A stretch of DNA of 64,000 nt from Minisyncoccota bacterium. GTDB lineage: Bacteria; Patescibacteriota; Minisyncoccia; UBA6257; JAGOQP01. The position numbers and the translations under genes are program-made. The stretch spans positions 124,161 through 188,160 of the forward strand of contig JBAZTS010000001.1 of NCBI GenBank assembly GCA_041661795.1, read 5' to 3'. Numbering within the stretch: the stretch's first letter is position 1; each line of letters opens with the position of its first letter. Positions 7,406-17,692 of the stretch are shown piece after piece. The notes beneath the pieces were generated by a model. That model did not search any database, had not been told where the DNA came from, and was given only the letters and a program-made list of their open reading frames with translations.

Positions 7406-9574
7406 TCAATTTTTATCCTCCAATTTCAATGATAATATTTTTGAAGCTCCCGACTCATCCATTGTTACGCCGTAAAGAACATCGGCTGATTCCATAATTA
7501 CTCTATTGTGGGTAACAATTATAAATTGACTGTGAGAAGAAAAGTTTTTTATTAAGTCGGAAAATCTTTTTGAATTCTTTTCATCCAAAGCCGAATCGGC
7601 TTCATCTAAAACCAAGAAAGGCGGAGGACTGACTGAGATTAAGGCAAATAAAACAGCCAAAGAGACCAAACTCTTCTCACCTCCGGAAAGCATTTCTAAG
7701 CTGGTTATTTTCTTCTGAGGGATAGAAAGGTCTATATCTATTCCGAAAGGAACTTCTTTTTCTTCTTCCGTTTCCTTCTCTAAAATTTCTACGCCATCCT
7801 CTATTTTTTCTTCGCTGATCTCTTTTTTAATGAGCTTCATCTTGGCATGACCCCCTCCAAACATAACCCTAAAGAAAGTATGAAATTCTTCATTGACCCG
7901 TAAGAAAGATTCTCTGAATTCACTGTTGATTTTATCGTTTAATTCGTTAATTGCCAAAGAAAGATTTTCTATGGCTCCCGATAAATCGTTTGATTCTTTG
8001 TTCAAAAAATTATAATGAGATTCAACTTCCTGGGCTTCGTTGACTATTGACTGGTCTATTTCTCCTATACTGGCTAATTCTCCTCTCAGACGGAGCATTT
8101 TTTTCTCTATAATTCCTATTTCTTCATCAGAAAAGGAATAATTATAAGACGGGCTAATAGCTATATCTTCAAATGTTTTAAAGTGTTTTCCAATTGAATG
8201 TATCTGATTTTTTATGTCTTCAAGGCGATAAGATATCTTTTCTTCCTCAAAAATTATCTTTTCCTTGTCTCGTTCAAAATTTTGGAGCCGATTCCTTGAA
8301 GATTCAAGATTTTCAAAAGCCGACCTGAACTTAGAATTAAACTCTTCTAATTGTTTTGACTGGGAAAACTCTTTTTCTTCAAGAAGGGATATTTCTTTTT
8401 CTATTTGGTCTATCTGTTTCTTTATCTCATCTCTTTTCTTCTCTACCGTTGAGATGTCGTGTTTTTGTCCGGAATCTTTATCCAAAAGACCATTTAATTC
8501 ATTTATAATTTTTTTAATAAATTGTCTTATTTCTTCTATGTCATTTTCTTCTAAAACAGAATTGAGCTTATTTTTTATATTGCTAATTCTTTTTTCTATT
8601 TCATCAAAAGAAGCCCTTTGACCGACTTGTTTTATAACAAATTCAATTTCCGCTTCAATCCTAAAGAATTCTTTTTCCAATAAAGATTTCTTTTCAAAAA
8701 GGCCCTTTTTTTCTTTTTGTCCAGAAGAAACATCTCCAGAGACAACTTGTTGGTCTTCTATTTTTTTTAACTCTTTTTCGGCCTGAGAAACTTCTAAAGA
8801 GGCCTCTTTTGTTTGATTGAGTAAACTTTCAAGAGGACTTTTAGCTTTTTCTTTTAAACCGATAAGATTTTTTATTTTGAAGGAAAAATATTTGTTTTCG
8901 AGATCTTCTAACTCCTTATCCACTTCAAATCTCTTTTCCCATCTGGAAGTTTGTTTTTTAAGCATTCTTAAACGCGGAGCTGCTTCTCCCATCATGGCGC
9001 TTATCTTTTCCAGATTTATCCTTGTATTTTTTAATTTTCTCTCCGCTTCATTCTTCTTAAGCTGATATTCTTTCAGACCCAAGATTTCCTGAACCATCAT
9101 CATTCTTTCGGTCGGAGTAGCTTTAACAAAAATATCTCCTGCCCCTTGTCCAATAATAGTTAAACCCTTAGTGCCCAATTTTATTTTGGAGAAAAAATCT
9201 ATGATGTCTTTTAAGCGAACTTCAGAATCGTTAATAAAATATTTGGAATCGGAGTTCCTGTTAATGCTTCTGGAAACCACCACTTCTTTAAAATCAACCG
9301 GAATGTTTCCTTTAGAATTATCAAAAACTAAGCTCACTTGAGCCATAGACATTTTCTGTTTTTTAGCCGTTCCGGAAAAAATCAAATCCTCAATTTTTGC
9401 TCCTCTAAGATTCTTCGCCTCTCTTTCGCCTAAAAGCCACCTGATGGCATCAATGACGTTGGATTTTCCGGATCCGTTAGGTCCGACAATAGAAACTATG
9501 CCTGCAGGAAACTCAAAGACAGTTTTTGAGGCAAATGACTTAAAACCGTTAATTTCAAGACGCTTTAGAAACAT
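7406..9574 (-). CDS. smc: SMC-family chromosome segregation ATPase (short, apparently hinge-less, 722 aa)
   Basis: N-terminal Walker A head (LEINGFKSFASKT...GPNGSGKSNVIDAI). C-terminal signature LSGGEKSLVSLAVLFAL plus Walker B LVLDEADSALD. Long coiled coil in between. Synteny rnc-smc matches Bacillus. Confidence 0.7.
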   Translation of the reverse strand: MFLKRLEINGFKSFASKTVFEFPAGIVSIVGPNGSGKSNVIDAIRWLLGEREAKNLRGAKIEDLIFSGTAKKQKMSMAQVSLVFDNSKGNIPVDFKEVVVSRSINRNSDSKYFINDSEVRLKDIIDFFSKIKLGTKGLTIIGQGAGDIFVKATPTERMMMVQEILGLKEYQLKKNEAERKLKNTRINLEKISAMMGEAAPRLRMLKKQTSRWEKRFEVDKELEDLENKYFSFKIKNLIGLKEKAKSPLESLLNQTKEASLEVSQAEKELKKIEDQQVVSGDVSSGQKEKKGLFEKKSLLEKEFFRIEAEIEFVIKQVGQRASFDEIEKRISNIKNKLNSVLEENDIEEIRQFIKKIINELNGLLDKDSGQKHDISTVEKKRDEIKKQIDQIEKEISLLEEKEFSQSKQLEEFNSKFRSAFENLESSRNRLQNFERDKEKIIFEEEKISYRLEDIKNQIHSIGKHFKTFEDIAISPSYNYSFSDEEIGIIEKKMLRLRGELASIGEIDQSIVNEAQEVESHYNFLNKESNDLSGAIENLSLAINELNDKINSEFRESFLRVNEEFHTFFRVMFGGGHAKMKLIKKEISEEKIEDGVEILEKETEEEKEVPFGIDIDLSIPQKKITSLEMLSGGEKSLVSLAVLFALISVSPPPFLVLDEADSALDEKNSKRFSDLIKNFSSHSQFIIVTHNRVIMESADVLYGVTMDESGASKILSLKLEDKN

Positions 9575-10247
9575 AAGAAAGGGCTTTTTTGGCAGCTTCT
9601 ACTTCGGCCTCTTGTTTTGAAAAACCTTCTCCTTGGGCCAACTCTTCTTCTCCTATAAAAACTCCTACTTTAAAAATTTTTTTGTGGTCAGGACCGGATT
9701 CTTCTAAAACTTGATAATTGGGAGTGATTTTATATTTTTCTTGGGCAATTTCTTGGAAAAAACTTTTGGCATCTCTATATGAACCTTTTTCTATAACTTC
9801 TGAAGCTTTGGAAAAGACGTATTTTTCTATAAATCGAGCTGACGTTTCGTAGCCACTATCTAAATATATGGCTCCAATAAGAGCTTCAAAAGCATTGGCT
9901 AAAATAACATCTCTGGCTTTGCCTATGTCTTTGGATTCGCCTTTGGACATTGAAAGAAAATCTCCCAAATTTATTCCTTTGCCCGCTTCTGATAAAAAAA
10001 TGTAATTAACCAAAGCTGCTCGAACACTGGTAAGATACCCCTCATCTTTGTCGGGATAAGAAGCAAAAAGTTTCTCGGTAATAATCATTTCCAAAACAGC
10101 GTCACCTAAAAATTCAAGACGCTCATTGTGAGAAATTCCCCAAGAAGGATTTTCGTTAAGATAAGATCTGTGAGTTAAAGCTTCTTTTAATAATTCCTCG
10201 TTTTTGAAGCTAACGTCAATTTTTTCCTGAAATTCAGATAAATTCAT
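9555..10247 (-). CDS. rnc: ribonuclease III
   Basis: RNase III signature ERLEFLGDAVLE. C-terminal dsRBD. Uses a TGA stop. Confidence 0.85.
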   Translation of the reverse strand: MNLSEFQEKIDVSFKNEELLKEALTHRSYLNENPSWGISHNERLEFLGDAVLEMIITEKLFASYPDKDEGYLTSVRAALVNYIFLSEAGKGINLGDFLSMSKGESKDIGKARDVILANAFEALIGAIYLDSGYETSARFIEKYVFSKASEVIEKGSYRDAKSFFQEIAQEKYKITPNYQVLEESGPDHKKIFKVGVFIGEEELAQGEGFSKQEAEVEAAKKALSYVSKAS

Positions 10248-10681
10248 TATTCCTTTTCAACTTCTTCTAAATGTTTAAATACAGTGCCCAAAACTCCATT
10301 AACAAATTTTCCTGAATTTATGCCTCCGTAATTTTTAGCTAATTCTATGGATTCATTAATAGCCACTTTATAAGGAACTTCATTTCTGTCGGCGAAAACC
10401 AATTCATAGACCCCTATTCTTAGAACATTTCTGTCAATTAAAGATATCTGTTCAAATGGCCATTCAATAGCAGAAGTGGAAATTATTTTATCAACCTCAC
10501 TAATACGCTGAACTATCCCATTAACCAATTTCCAAACAAATTCGGGCTCGTTAATCCCGGGGCCAAACTCATCCATATTTCTCTGGACAATAGCCACCAA
10601 ATCGGAGGATTTTTCTGAAAAATCCCACTCATATAGAGATTGAAGAACTATAGAACGAGCTAAGTGTCTAGTGGCCATATT
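10247..10681 (-). CDS. nusB: transcription antitermination factor NusB
   Basis: NusB-like sequence beginning [20 protein letters not shown]. The track ORF extends further 5' but that extension would overlap rpmF, so the start was trimmed to the internal Met. Confidence 0.7.
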   Translation of the reverse strand, partial: NMATRHLARSIVLQSLYEWDFSEKSSDLVAIVQRNMDEFGPGINEPEFVWKLVNGIVQRISEVDKIISTSAIEWPFEQISLIDRNVLRIGVYELVFADRNEVPYKVAINESIELAKNYGGINSGKFVNGVLGTVFKHLEEVEKE

Positions 10682-10697
10682 GAAAATTGGTAAAAAA

Positions 10698-10871
10698 TTA
10701 TTTTGTAACTTTTTTACCTCGGTAGAATCCGCAGTTGGCGCAGGACTTATGAGGCATAGTCGGATGTTTGCATTTTGGACAAACAAGTAACTTAGCCACT
10801 TTTAGGGCGTGATGAGATCTGCGTCTACCTGTTTTTGAACGGGTATGATGTTTTGTCGGTACTCCTCCCAT
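10698..10871 (-). CDS. rpmF: 50S ribosomal protein L32
   Basis: Manual translation [57 protein letters not shown]. It has the L32 zinc ribbon. Under 60 aa, so absent from the track. Confidence 0.75.
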   Translation of the reverse strand: MGGVPTKHHTRSKTGRRRSHHALKVAKLLVCPKCKHPTMPHKSCANCGFYRGKKVTK

Positions 10872-10949
10872 AGTTAGAGAATAGTGATTAGAGAATAGTG
10901 GATAGAAATTACTGATATGAAACTTGCACTACACGCTATCCCCTAAACG

Positions 10950-11720
10950 CTATCTTGATTTAATATTATTGTACTTACCTATAAAAGTCAACCGGTGAAT
11001 TTTGGAAGGACCGTGTTTTTTGATGGCCTCTATGTGCTTTTTGGTTCCATATCCCTTGTGATGGTCAAATCCGTATTGAGGATATTTTTTGTGCAATTTG
11101 GTGATGTATTTGTCTCGGGTAATTTTAGCAACAATAGAAGCCAGAGACACAGCCGGAACTTTTTCATCGGCTTTGGGGAAATTTTTGAAAGTTAAATTCG
11201 TATGTTTATATTTCTTTATACTTTCATATTTCTGAATATTTATTTTTAAACTCCCATCAGCAATCACTTCACCATTACATTTAGAACGATCGTTCAAAAT
11301 GTAATGGTAGGATAATTTGTCTGACTTTCTCAATCTTTTCATTTTAACCATTGTTTTCTCAAATGCTTTTTGGGCGGCTAAATTACAAGCATTGCTGATA
11401 TTAATACCATCAATCTTTTTCTCGTTAACCCAAGCGCAGGAAAAAATAATTTTATTTTTCTTCACCCAAGAGAACCACTTGTATCTTTGCTTTTCTGAAA
11501 GATTTTTAGAGTCGGCCAGTTTGCGCGGATAATTGTATACCGTATACCGCCTGCCTGCCGGTAGGCATGGTATACCGTAATGCTTATACAGTTTTGATAA
11601 TTTTCTGTTTAAATCAAAAGATAAAATCACACATCCAACATAAACTCTACCGGCCAGTGGTCCCCGCCCGACCTCGTCTATACCGATAACATAGTCAATT
11701 TTTTTCATATATAACGTCAA
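10950..11720 (-). CDS. rnhB: ribonuclease HII (carries an in-frame repeat-derived insertion)
   Basis: IGIDEVGRGPLAG motif and downstream DSK. A ~20-aa insertion (KHYGIPCLPAGRRYTVYNYPRK) is encoded by the GTATACC/GCCTGCC palindromic element at 11535..11578. The start is probably the Met near 11708. Confidence 0.8.
   Translation of the reverse strand: MTLYMKKIDYVIGIDEVGRGPLAGRVYVGCVILSFDLNRKLSKLYKHYGIPCLPAGRRYTVYNYPRKLADSKNLSEKQRYKWFSWVKKNKIIFSCAWVNEKKIDGINISNACNLAAQKAFEKTMVKMKRLRKSDKLSYHYILNDRSKCNGEVIADGSLKINIQKYESIKKYKHTNLTFKNFPKADEKVPAVSLASIVAKITRDKYITKLHKKYPQYGFDHHKGYGTKKHIEAIKKHGPSKIHRLTFIGKYNNIKSR
11535..11578. repeat. GTATACC-GTATACC-GCCTGCCTGCCGGTAGGC-ATG-GTATACC palindromic repeat element embedded in rnhB
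   Basis: Seen in sequence: two tandem GTATACC heptamers, an imperfect GC-rich inverted repeat, and another GTATACC. The same heptamer recurs at the pilin-LamG loci. Confidence 0.6.
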
Positions 11721-11813
11721 TTAATTATATAGGAAAACGCCAAATATTTCTCTTTGCTTTTATTGCCCTGCTTGTCTTATAATAAACACAAGAATTTATA
11801 TTTTCTTAACCTT

Positions 11814-14800
11814 ATGTCTGATTTTGTTCATCTACACAACCACAGTCATTATTCCCTCTTAGATGGTTTAGCTAAGATAGATGACATAATTAAAAGGGCC
11901 AAGGATTTGGGGATGGAAGCAATCGCCTTGACTGACCACGGAAACCTTTACGGAGCCATAGAATTTTATAAAAAAGCAAAAAAAGAAGGAATAAAACCGA
12001 TTTTAGGAGTGGAGGCATATTTAGCCCCAAAAAGCCGTTTTGATAAAAATTCAGAAGACGCAGAAAAGTATTATCACATCACTTTACTGGCAAAGAATAA
12101 CGCGGGCTGGAAAAATCTTTTAAAACTTATAACCAAAGCCAACATGGAGGGTTTTTATTATAAACCCAGAATAGACAAAGAGCTTCTGGAAAAACACAAG
12201 GAGGGGTTAATCGTTCTTTCCGGATGTGCCTCAGGAGAAATTTCCAGTTTAATAGGAAAAAATAAATATCAGGAAGCCAGGCAAGCGGTTCAGTACTATA
12301 AAAATCTTTTTGGAGAAGATTTTTATATGGAAATCTGGCACCAGCCAAAAATAAAAGAAATTCAAGAAAGAATTCCTCTTATAGTCAAACTGGCTCAGGA
12401 AGAAGACGTTCCCCTGGTGGCTACCGGCGATATACATTACGCAAGAAAAGAAGATGCTTTTTATCATGACATACTTTTAGCGGTTCAAACTGGAAATAAA
12501 ATAACCGATGACGATAGATTAACTCTAAAAGCCGGTGAATTTTTTATAAAATCAAAAGAAGAAATTGAAGAGGCCTTTAAAGATTATCCAGAAGCGATAG
12601 CAAACACAAAAAAAATAGCTGACAAATGTAACGTTGAAATAACGTTAGGAAAAACCATACTCCCAAGTTTTCCCATCCCGGAGGGAGAAACTAGTTTTTC
12701 TTATTTAAAAAAATTGGTAGACCAAAAAATGCACAATCGATTTGAAGAAACCACTCCTGAAATACAAAAACGGCTTGATTACGAAATGTCTGTTATAGAA
12801 AAAACTGGATTTTCCGATTACTTTCTTATTGTTCAGGATTTTGTTAACTGGGCCAAAGAAAGAAAAATAGTGGTAGGTCCAGGAAGAGGAAGTGCCGCCG
12901 GGAGCATAGTTTCTTATATCCTAAGAATCACCGAGGTAGACCCGATTAAATACAACCTGCTTTTTGAAAGATTCTTAAATCCAGACAGAATTCAAATGCC
13001 CGATATTGATTTGGACTTTACGGATGTCAGGCGTGATGAAGTAATGGGATATCTAAAGGAGAAATACGGAGATGATAAAGTGGCTCAAATAATAACGTTT
13101 GGAACTATGGCTTCAAGAGCTTCCATCAGGGATTCAGGAAGAGCTTTAGGGTTTTCCTACGGATTCTGCGACCAGCTTGCCAAATTAATTCCTTTTAATT
13201 TTAGTTTAGATGATTCATTAAAAAAAGTTGAAGAATTTAAAAAACTTTACGAAGAAAACACCGATGCCAGAAAATTAATAGACGCCGCCAGAAAACTTGA
13301 AGGTGTTGTAAGGCACGCTTCGGTTCACGCCTGTGGAATAGTTATTTCAAAAGAATCGTTAACTGAATACATGCCCTTGCAATTTGCCCCTCAAGACACC
13401 AGCACCGTCATTACCCAGTTTGAAATGCATGCGATAGAAGATTTGGGGCTTTTAAAAATGGACTTGCTTGGATTAAAAAATCTAACCATTATAGAAAACA
13501 CACTACGGCTGGTTAAAGACATTCAAAACGTTTCCATAGATATATCCCAAATAACCTTAGAAGATAAAAAAACTTTTGAAACATTGCAAAGAGCCGACAC
13601 TACCGGGGTTTTTCAACTTGAATCAAGCGGAATGAGGAGATATTTAAAGGAGCTTGTTCCCACAGAATTGGAAGACATAATCGCCATGGTAGCTCTGTAT
13701 CGCCCGGGACCAATAGAGCTTATTCCCCAATACATCGCAAGAAAACACGGCAAAGAAAAAGTTGTTTACTTGCACTCAAAACTTGAGCCCATACTTTCAA
13801 AAACATATGGAATAGGGATTTATCAGGAACAGATGATGCAGATAGCTAAAGATCTGGCCGGGTTTACATTGGCCGAAGCCGATATCCTAAGAAAAGCTAT
13901 TGGCAAAAAAATAAAAGAACTTTTGGATCAGCAAAAAGAAAAGCTTCTGGATGGGATGAATAAAAATGACATTGACGAAAAGACAGCAATAAAAATTTGG
14001 GAACTTTTTCCGCCTTTTGCCAGATACGGATTTAATAGAAGCCATGCTGTCTGCTATGCCCTAATTGCCTACCAGACCGCTTATTTAAAGACCCACTTCC
14101 CCATTGAGTTTATGACTAGCTTATTTAATAACGACTCTTCTGATATGGAAAGAATCTCACTCTTGGTGTCAGAAGCAAAAAAAATGGGAACGGAAACGCT
14201 TCCTCCGGATATCAATCAAAGTTTTTCACAATTTACCCCTGATGGAAAAAATATAAGATTTGGATTAAATGCCATAAAAAATGTCGGCTCTAATATAGTA
14301 TCGGCCATTATAGAAGAAAGACAAAGAGGAGGTCCGTTTTTAAGTATTGAAGATGTCTTATCAAGAGTGCTCCATAAAGATTTAAACAAAAAATCTTTAG
14401 AGAGCTTGATAAAAGCCGGAGTTTTTGACAGTTTGAACATAGAACGCAATCAGATGTTAAAGAACATAGATAAGGTTATTGTCTTTTCCCAAGGAATCAG
14501 AAAACATAGCGGTCTTTTACAAAACAATCTTTTTGGAAGCATGAGTAAACAAGCCAGATTGGTTTTAGAAAAGATGCCGGAAGCCACCAAAGAAGAAAAA
14601 CTTTTCTGGGAAAAAGAACTGATGGGATTTTATGTTTCCGACCATCCTTTAAAAAAGTATCAGAATGTTTTTGAAAAGAAAAAGGCCTATCCAATCAGAA
14701 AAATAATTGATTATATAAACTCCGGTCATGGGACAAGGTCAGTTAGGTTGGGCGGAATAATAACCAATATTAAGAGAATTATATCCAAAAACAATAGACC

Positions 14801-14981
14801 TATCGCATTTGCAAAAATAGAAGATATCAACGATACTTTAGAAGTCATAGTTTTTTCCGATATTTTAGAGAAAAATCCCCAAATTTGGCAGGAAAATAAC
14901 ATAGTAATAATCCAAGGAAAACCATCATTAAGAGACAACGAACCAAAAATAATAGTGGAAGAAGCAGTGAAATTAAATTAA
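11814..14981 (+). CDS. dnaE: DNA polymerase III alpha subunit
   Basis: PHP domain start MSDFVHLHNHSHYSLLDG. Polymerase core motifs (GPGRGSAAGS, palm/fingers). Total 1055 aa. The track ORF starts 20 codons earlier, but the PHP-domain Met is the likely start. Confidence 0.9.
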   Translation: MSDFVHLHNHSHYSLLDGLAKIDDIIKRAKDLGMEAIALTDHGNLYGAIEFYKKAKKEGIKPILGVEAYLAPKSRFDKNSEDAEKYYHITLLAKNNAGWKNLLKLITKANMEGFYYKPRIDKELLEKHKEGLIVLSGCASGEISSLIGKNKYQEARQAVQYYKNLFGEDFYMEIWHQPKIKEIQERIPLIVKLAQEEDVPLVATGDIHYARKEDAFYHDILLAVQTGNKITDDDRLTLKAGEFFIKSKEEIEEAFKDYPEAIANTKKIADKCNVEITLGKTILPSFPIPEGETSFSYLKKLVDQKMHNRFEETTPEIQKRLDYEMSVIEKTGFSDYFLIVQDFVNWAKERKIVVGPGRGSAAGSIVSYILRITEVDPIKYNLLFERFLNPDRIQMPDIDLDFTDVRRDEVMGYLKEKYGDDKVAQIITFGTMASRASIRDSGRALGFSYGFCDQLAKLIPFNFSLDDSLKKVEEFKKLYEENTDARKLIDAARKLEGVVRHASVHACGIVISKESLTEYMPLQFAPQDTSTVITQFEMHAIEDLGLLKMDLLGLKNLTIIENTLRLVKDIQNVSIDISQITLEDKKTFETLQRADTTGVFQLESSGMRRYLKELVPTELEDIIAMVALYRPGPIELIPQYIARKHGKEKVVYLHSKLEPILSKTYGIGIYQEQMMQIAKDLAGFTLAEADILRKAIGKKIKELLDQQKEKLLDGMNKNDIDEKTAIKIWELFPPFARYGFNRSHAVCYALIAYQTAYLKTHFPIEFMTSLFNNDSSDMERISLLVSEAKKMGTETLPPDINQSFSQFTPDGKNIRFGLNAIKNVGSNIVSAIIEERQRGGPFLSIEDVLSRVLHKDLNKKSLESLIKAGVFDSLNIERNQMLKNIDKVIVFSQGIRKHSGLLQNNLFGSMSKQARLVLEKMPEATKEEKLFWEKELMGFYVSDHPLKKYQNVFEKKKAYPIRKIIDYINSGHGTRSVRLGGIITNIKRIISKNNRPIAFAKIEDINDTLEVIVFSDILEKNPQIWQENNIVIIQGKPSLRDNEPKIIVEEAVKLN

Positions 14982-14989
14982 TATTTAAT

Positions 14990-16780
14990 ATGAAAAAACA
15001 AATAGAAAATAAAAAAGAAGAACAAATACATAAAATCAGGCACTCCTTGTCTCATTTGCTGGCGGCTGCGGTTTTGGAAAAGTGGCCAAAAACCAAACTG
15101 GCTATAGGACCGGTCATTGATAATGGTTTTTATTATGATTTTGACTTCCCTGCTCCGATAAGTGACAAAGATTTAGAATCCTTGGAAAAAAGAATGCGGG
15201 AGTTGGCAAGACAAAATTTGGATTTTACCAAAAAGAAAATAACGTTTATTCAGGCCAAAAAACTTTTTGTCAAAGCTTCTTATAAAATGGAGTTAATTAA
15301 AGAACTAAATCAAAAGAAATCATCTTTGAGCATTTACGAAACGTCTGTGGGAAAAGGAAAGTTGAAAAAAGAAGTATTTATGGATTTATGTTCCGGACCT
15401 CATGTTAATAATACCAATGAGATAAATTCCGAAGGATTAAAACTGACTCACTTGGCTGGAGCTTACTGGAGAGGAGACGAGAAAAATAAAATGCTCACTA
15501 GAATTTATGGAGTAGCTTTTGAAGACAAAAAAACTCTGAATGAGTATCTAAAGATGATGGAAGAAGCCGAGAAGAGAGATCATAGGAAATTGGGAAGAGA
15601 ATTAGACCTCTTTACTTTTTCAGAATATATCGGAAGCGGATTACCTTTGTACACTCCAAGAGGAGCTTTGATAAGAAGGCTATTAAATGATTATATAGAA
15701 AGTTTACAAGTAAAAGCTGGATATACACAAGTATGGACACCCCAGATAGCTAAAGCCGAACTTTTCAAAATTTCTGGACATTATGACAAGTATAAGAATG
15801 ATATGTTTAGAGTAGTTTCTAATTATTCAGACGAAGAATTCTACCTAAAGCCCATGAATTGTCCTCAACACACTCAAATATATAAGAGTCGGGCTAGAAG
15901 TTACAGAGATTTACCTATTAGATATACCGATTTTGCAATGCTTTACAGAGACGAGAGACCAGGAGAATTAAGCGGACTAGCCAGAGTAAGATCATTTTCT
16001 CAAGATGATTGCCATATTTTCTGTCGTGAAGATCAAGTTGATAAAGAAATAGATACTGCCTTAGAAATGACAAAAAAAGTAATGGGTATTTTTGGTTTTA
16101 AATATAAATACAGATTGTCAACGCGTGATCCAAAACATCCTGAAAAATACTTGGGCGATCCAAAAACCTGGGACAAAGTAGAGAAATGGGCAGAAAAAAT
16201 AATGAAGAGAAATAAGATAGAATACTTTGATGGTCCCGGTGAAGCTGCGTTCTATGCTCCAAAAATGGATTTAATCGCTACAGATGCTCTTGGCCGTGAT
16301 TGGCAACTCTCAACTGTCCAAATAGATTTTGTGTTTCCAGAAAGATTCGGATTAACTTATATAGACAAGGATGGTAAAGAAAAACATCCCGTGATGATTC
16401 ACAGAGCTATTATAGGTTCACCAGAAAGATTCATTATGGTGCTTTTAGAACATTATGCTGGAGCTTTTCCTTTGTGGTTGTCTCCTGTCCAAATTGAAGT
16501 AATTCCAGTTTCGGAAAAACATCTGAACTATGCCAAAGAAATAGAAGAAAAAATAAAAGAAAATGGAGCGAGGGTTGAAGTGGCCGATGCCAATGAAACA
16601 TTAGGAAAAAGAATAAGAGAAGCCGAGCTTCAAAAAATTCCTTATGTTTTAATTGTCGGCGATAAAGAAAAACAATCCAATTCTGTAAGCATTCGAAGCT
16701 ATAAAAAAGGACAAGAAGGAGAGATGAAAATAGATAAATTTATTGAGAAGATTGTAAAAGAGATAAAAAATAGGGAGTAA
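14990..16780 (+). CDS. thrS: threonyl-tRNA synthetase (no N-terminal TGS domain)
   Basis: Class II aaRS motifs (HRKLGRELDLF, FRDE..., anticodon-binding C-terminus). 596 aa. Confidence 0.88.
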   Translation: MKKQIENKKEEQIHKIRHSLSHLLAAAVLEKWPKTKLAIGPVIDNGFYYDFDFPAPISDKDLESLEKRMRELARQNLDFTKKKITFIQAKKLFVKASYKMELIKELNQKKSSLSIYETSVGKGKLKKEVFMDLCSGPHVNNTNEINSEGLKLTHLAGAYWRGDEKNKMLTRIYGVAFEDKKTLNEYLKMMEEAEKRDHRKLGRELDLFTFSEYIGSGLPLYTPRGALIRRLLNDYIESLQVKAGYTQVWTPQIAKAELFKISGHYDKYKNDMFRVVSNYSDEEFYLKPMNCPQHTQIYKSRARSYRDLPIRYTDFAMLYRDERPGELSGLARVRSFSQDDCHIFCREDQVDKEIDTALEMTKKVMGIFGFKYKYRLSTRDPKHPEKYLGDPKTWDKVEKWAEKIMKRNKIEYFDGPGEAAFYAPKMDLIATDALGRDWQLSTVQIDFVFPERFGLTYIDKDGKEKHPVMIHRAIIGSPERFIMVLLEHYAGAFPLWLSPVQIEVIPVSEKHLNYAKEIEEKIKENGARVEVADANETLGKRIREAELQKIPYVLIVGDKEKQSNSVSIRSYKKGQEGEMKIDKFIEKIVKEIKNRE

Positions 16781-16783
16781 TAA

Positions 16784-17686
16784 ATGAAAATCGGAAAGGT
16801 TATAGTTGTCTTAGGCCCAAACGCTTCTGGTAAGTCAGATTTGGCTGTTGAAATAGCTAAATTTATCAGACAAGCAGAGATAATTTCAGCCGACTCTCGC
16901 CAAGTTTACAAAGGATTTAATCTTACGGCAGGAACTGTCCCCTTAGATAAGAATTCCAATTATAAAAATATAAAACATCATCTTATAGCAGTAACTTCTC
17001 CCAAAAAGACATTTTCCGTTGCTCAATATCAAAAACTGGGAAGAAAAGTTATTCATAAAATATTAAAAGAGGATAAAGTTCCTATAATCTGCGGAGGTAC
17101 TGGGCTTTATATTGATTCATTGATTTATAACATCAACTTCCCCTCCGTAAAAGCCAATTTAAAACTTAGAAAACAACTGGAGAAATTACCAGCAGATGAG
17201 CTTTATAGAAGATTAAAAAAACTTGACCCCGGAAGATCTAAAAATATAGACAGATTTAACAAGAGACGTTTAATAAGAGCCATTGAAATAGTTACAGCCA
17301 CAGGAAAGCCAATAGGAAAAATAAGCAAAACTCCCCTGTTTAATACTTTAAAGATAGGAGTTTTGACAGATAAAGAAGATCATCATAAAAGGATATTAAA
17401 AAGAATAAAAGACAGAATCAAAAAAGGAATGCTAAAAGAGGTGGCAGATTTTCATAAAAATGGGCTTTCTTGGAAGCGTTTGGAGAGCTTTGGGTTAGAA
17501 TTTAAATGGATATCCAAATATCTCCAAAAACAAATCAACAAAAAAGAGATGGTAGATAATTTATATAAAGAAATATGCCAGTATGCCAAAAGGCAGATGA
17601 CTTGGTGGAGAAAGGATAAAGACATAGTTTGGATAAAGTCAAAAAAAGAACCCCTTAGCATCGCTAAGAGGTTCTTGAAAGAATAA
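16784..17686 (+). CDS. miaA: tRNA dimethylallyltransferase
   Basis: P-loop GPNASGKS and DSRQVYKGFNLTAGT motif. A GGGAG sequence lies 9 nt upstream of the ATG. Confidence 0.85.
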   Translation: MKIGKVIVVLGPNASGKSDLAVEIAKFIRQAEIISADSRQVYKGFNLTAGTVPLDKNSNYKNIKHHLIAVTSPKKTFSVAQYQKLGRKVIHKILKEDKVPIICGGTGLYIDSLIYNINFPSVKANLKLRKQLEKLPADELYRRLKKLDPGRSKNIDRFNKRRLIRAIEIVTATGKPIGKISKTPLFNTLKIGVLTDKEDHHKRILKRIKDRIKKGMLKEVADFHKNGLSWKRLESFGLEFKWISKYLQKQINKKEMVDNLYKEICQYAKRQMTWWRKDKDIVWIKSKKEPLSIAKRFLKE

Positions 17687-17692
17687 TCTTGA

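Noticed and set aside
10682-10786. N-terminal 35-codon extension of the nusB ORF ([35 protein letters not shown])
   Set aside because: The extension is the antisense frame of rpmF (L32), which is clearly encoded here. nusB more plausibly starts at the internal Met (MATRHLA...).
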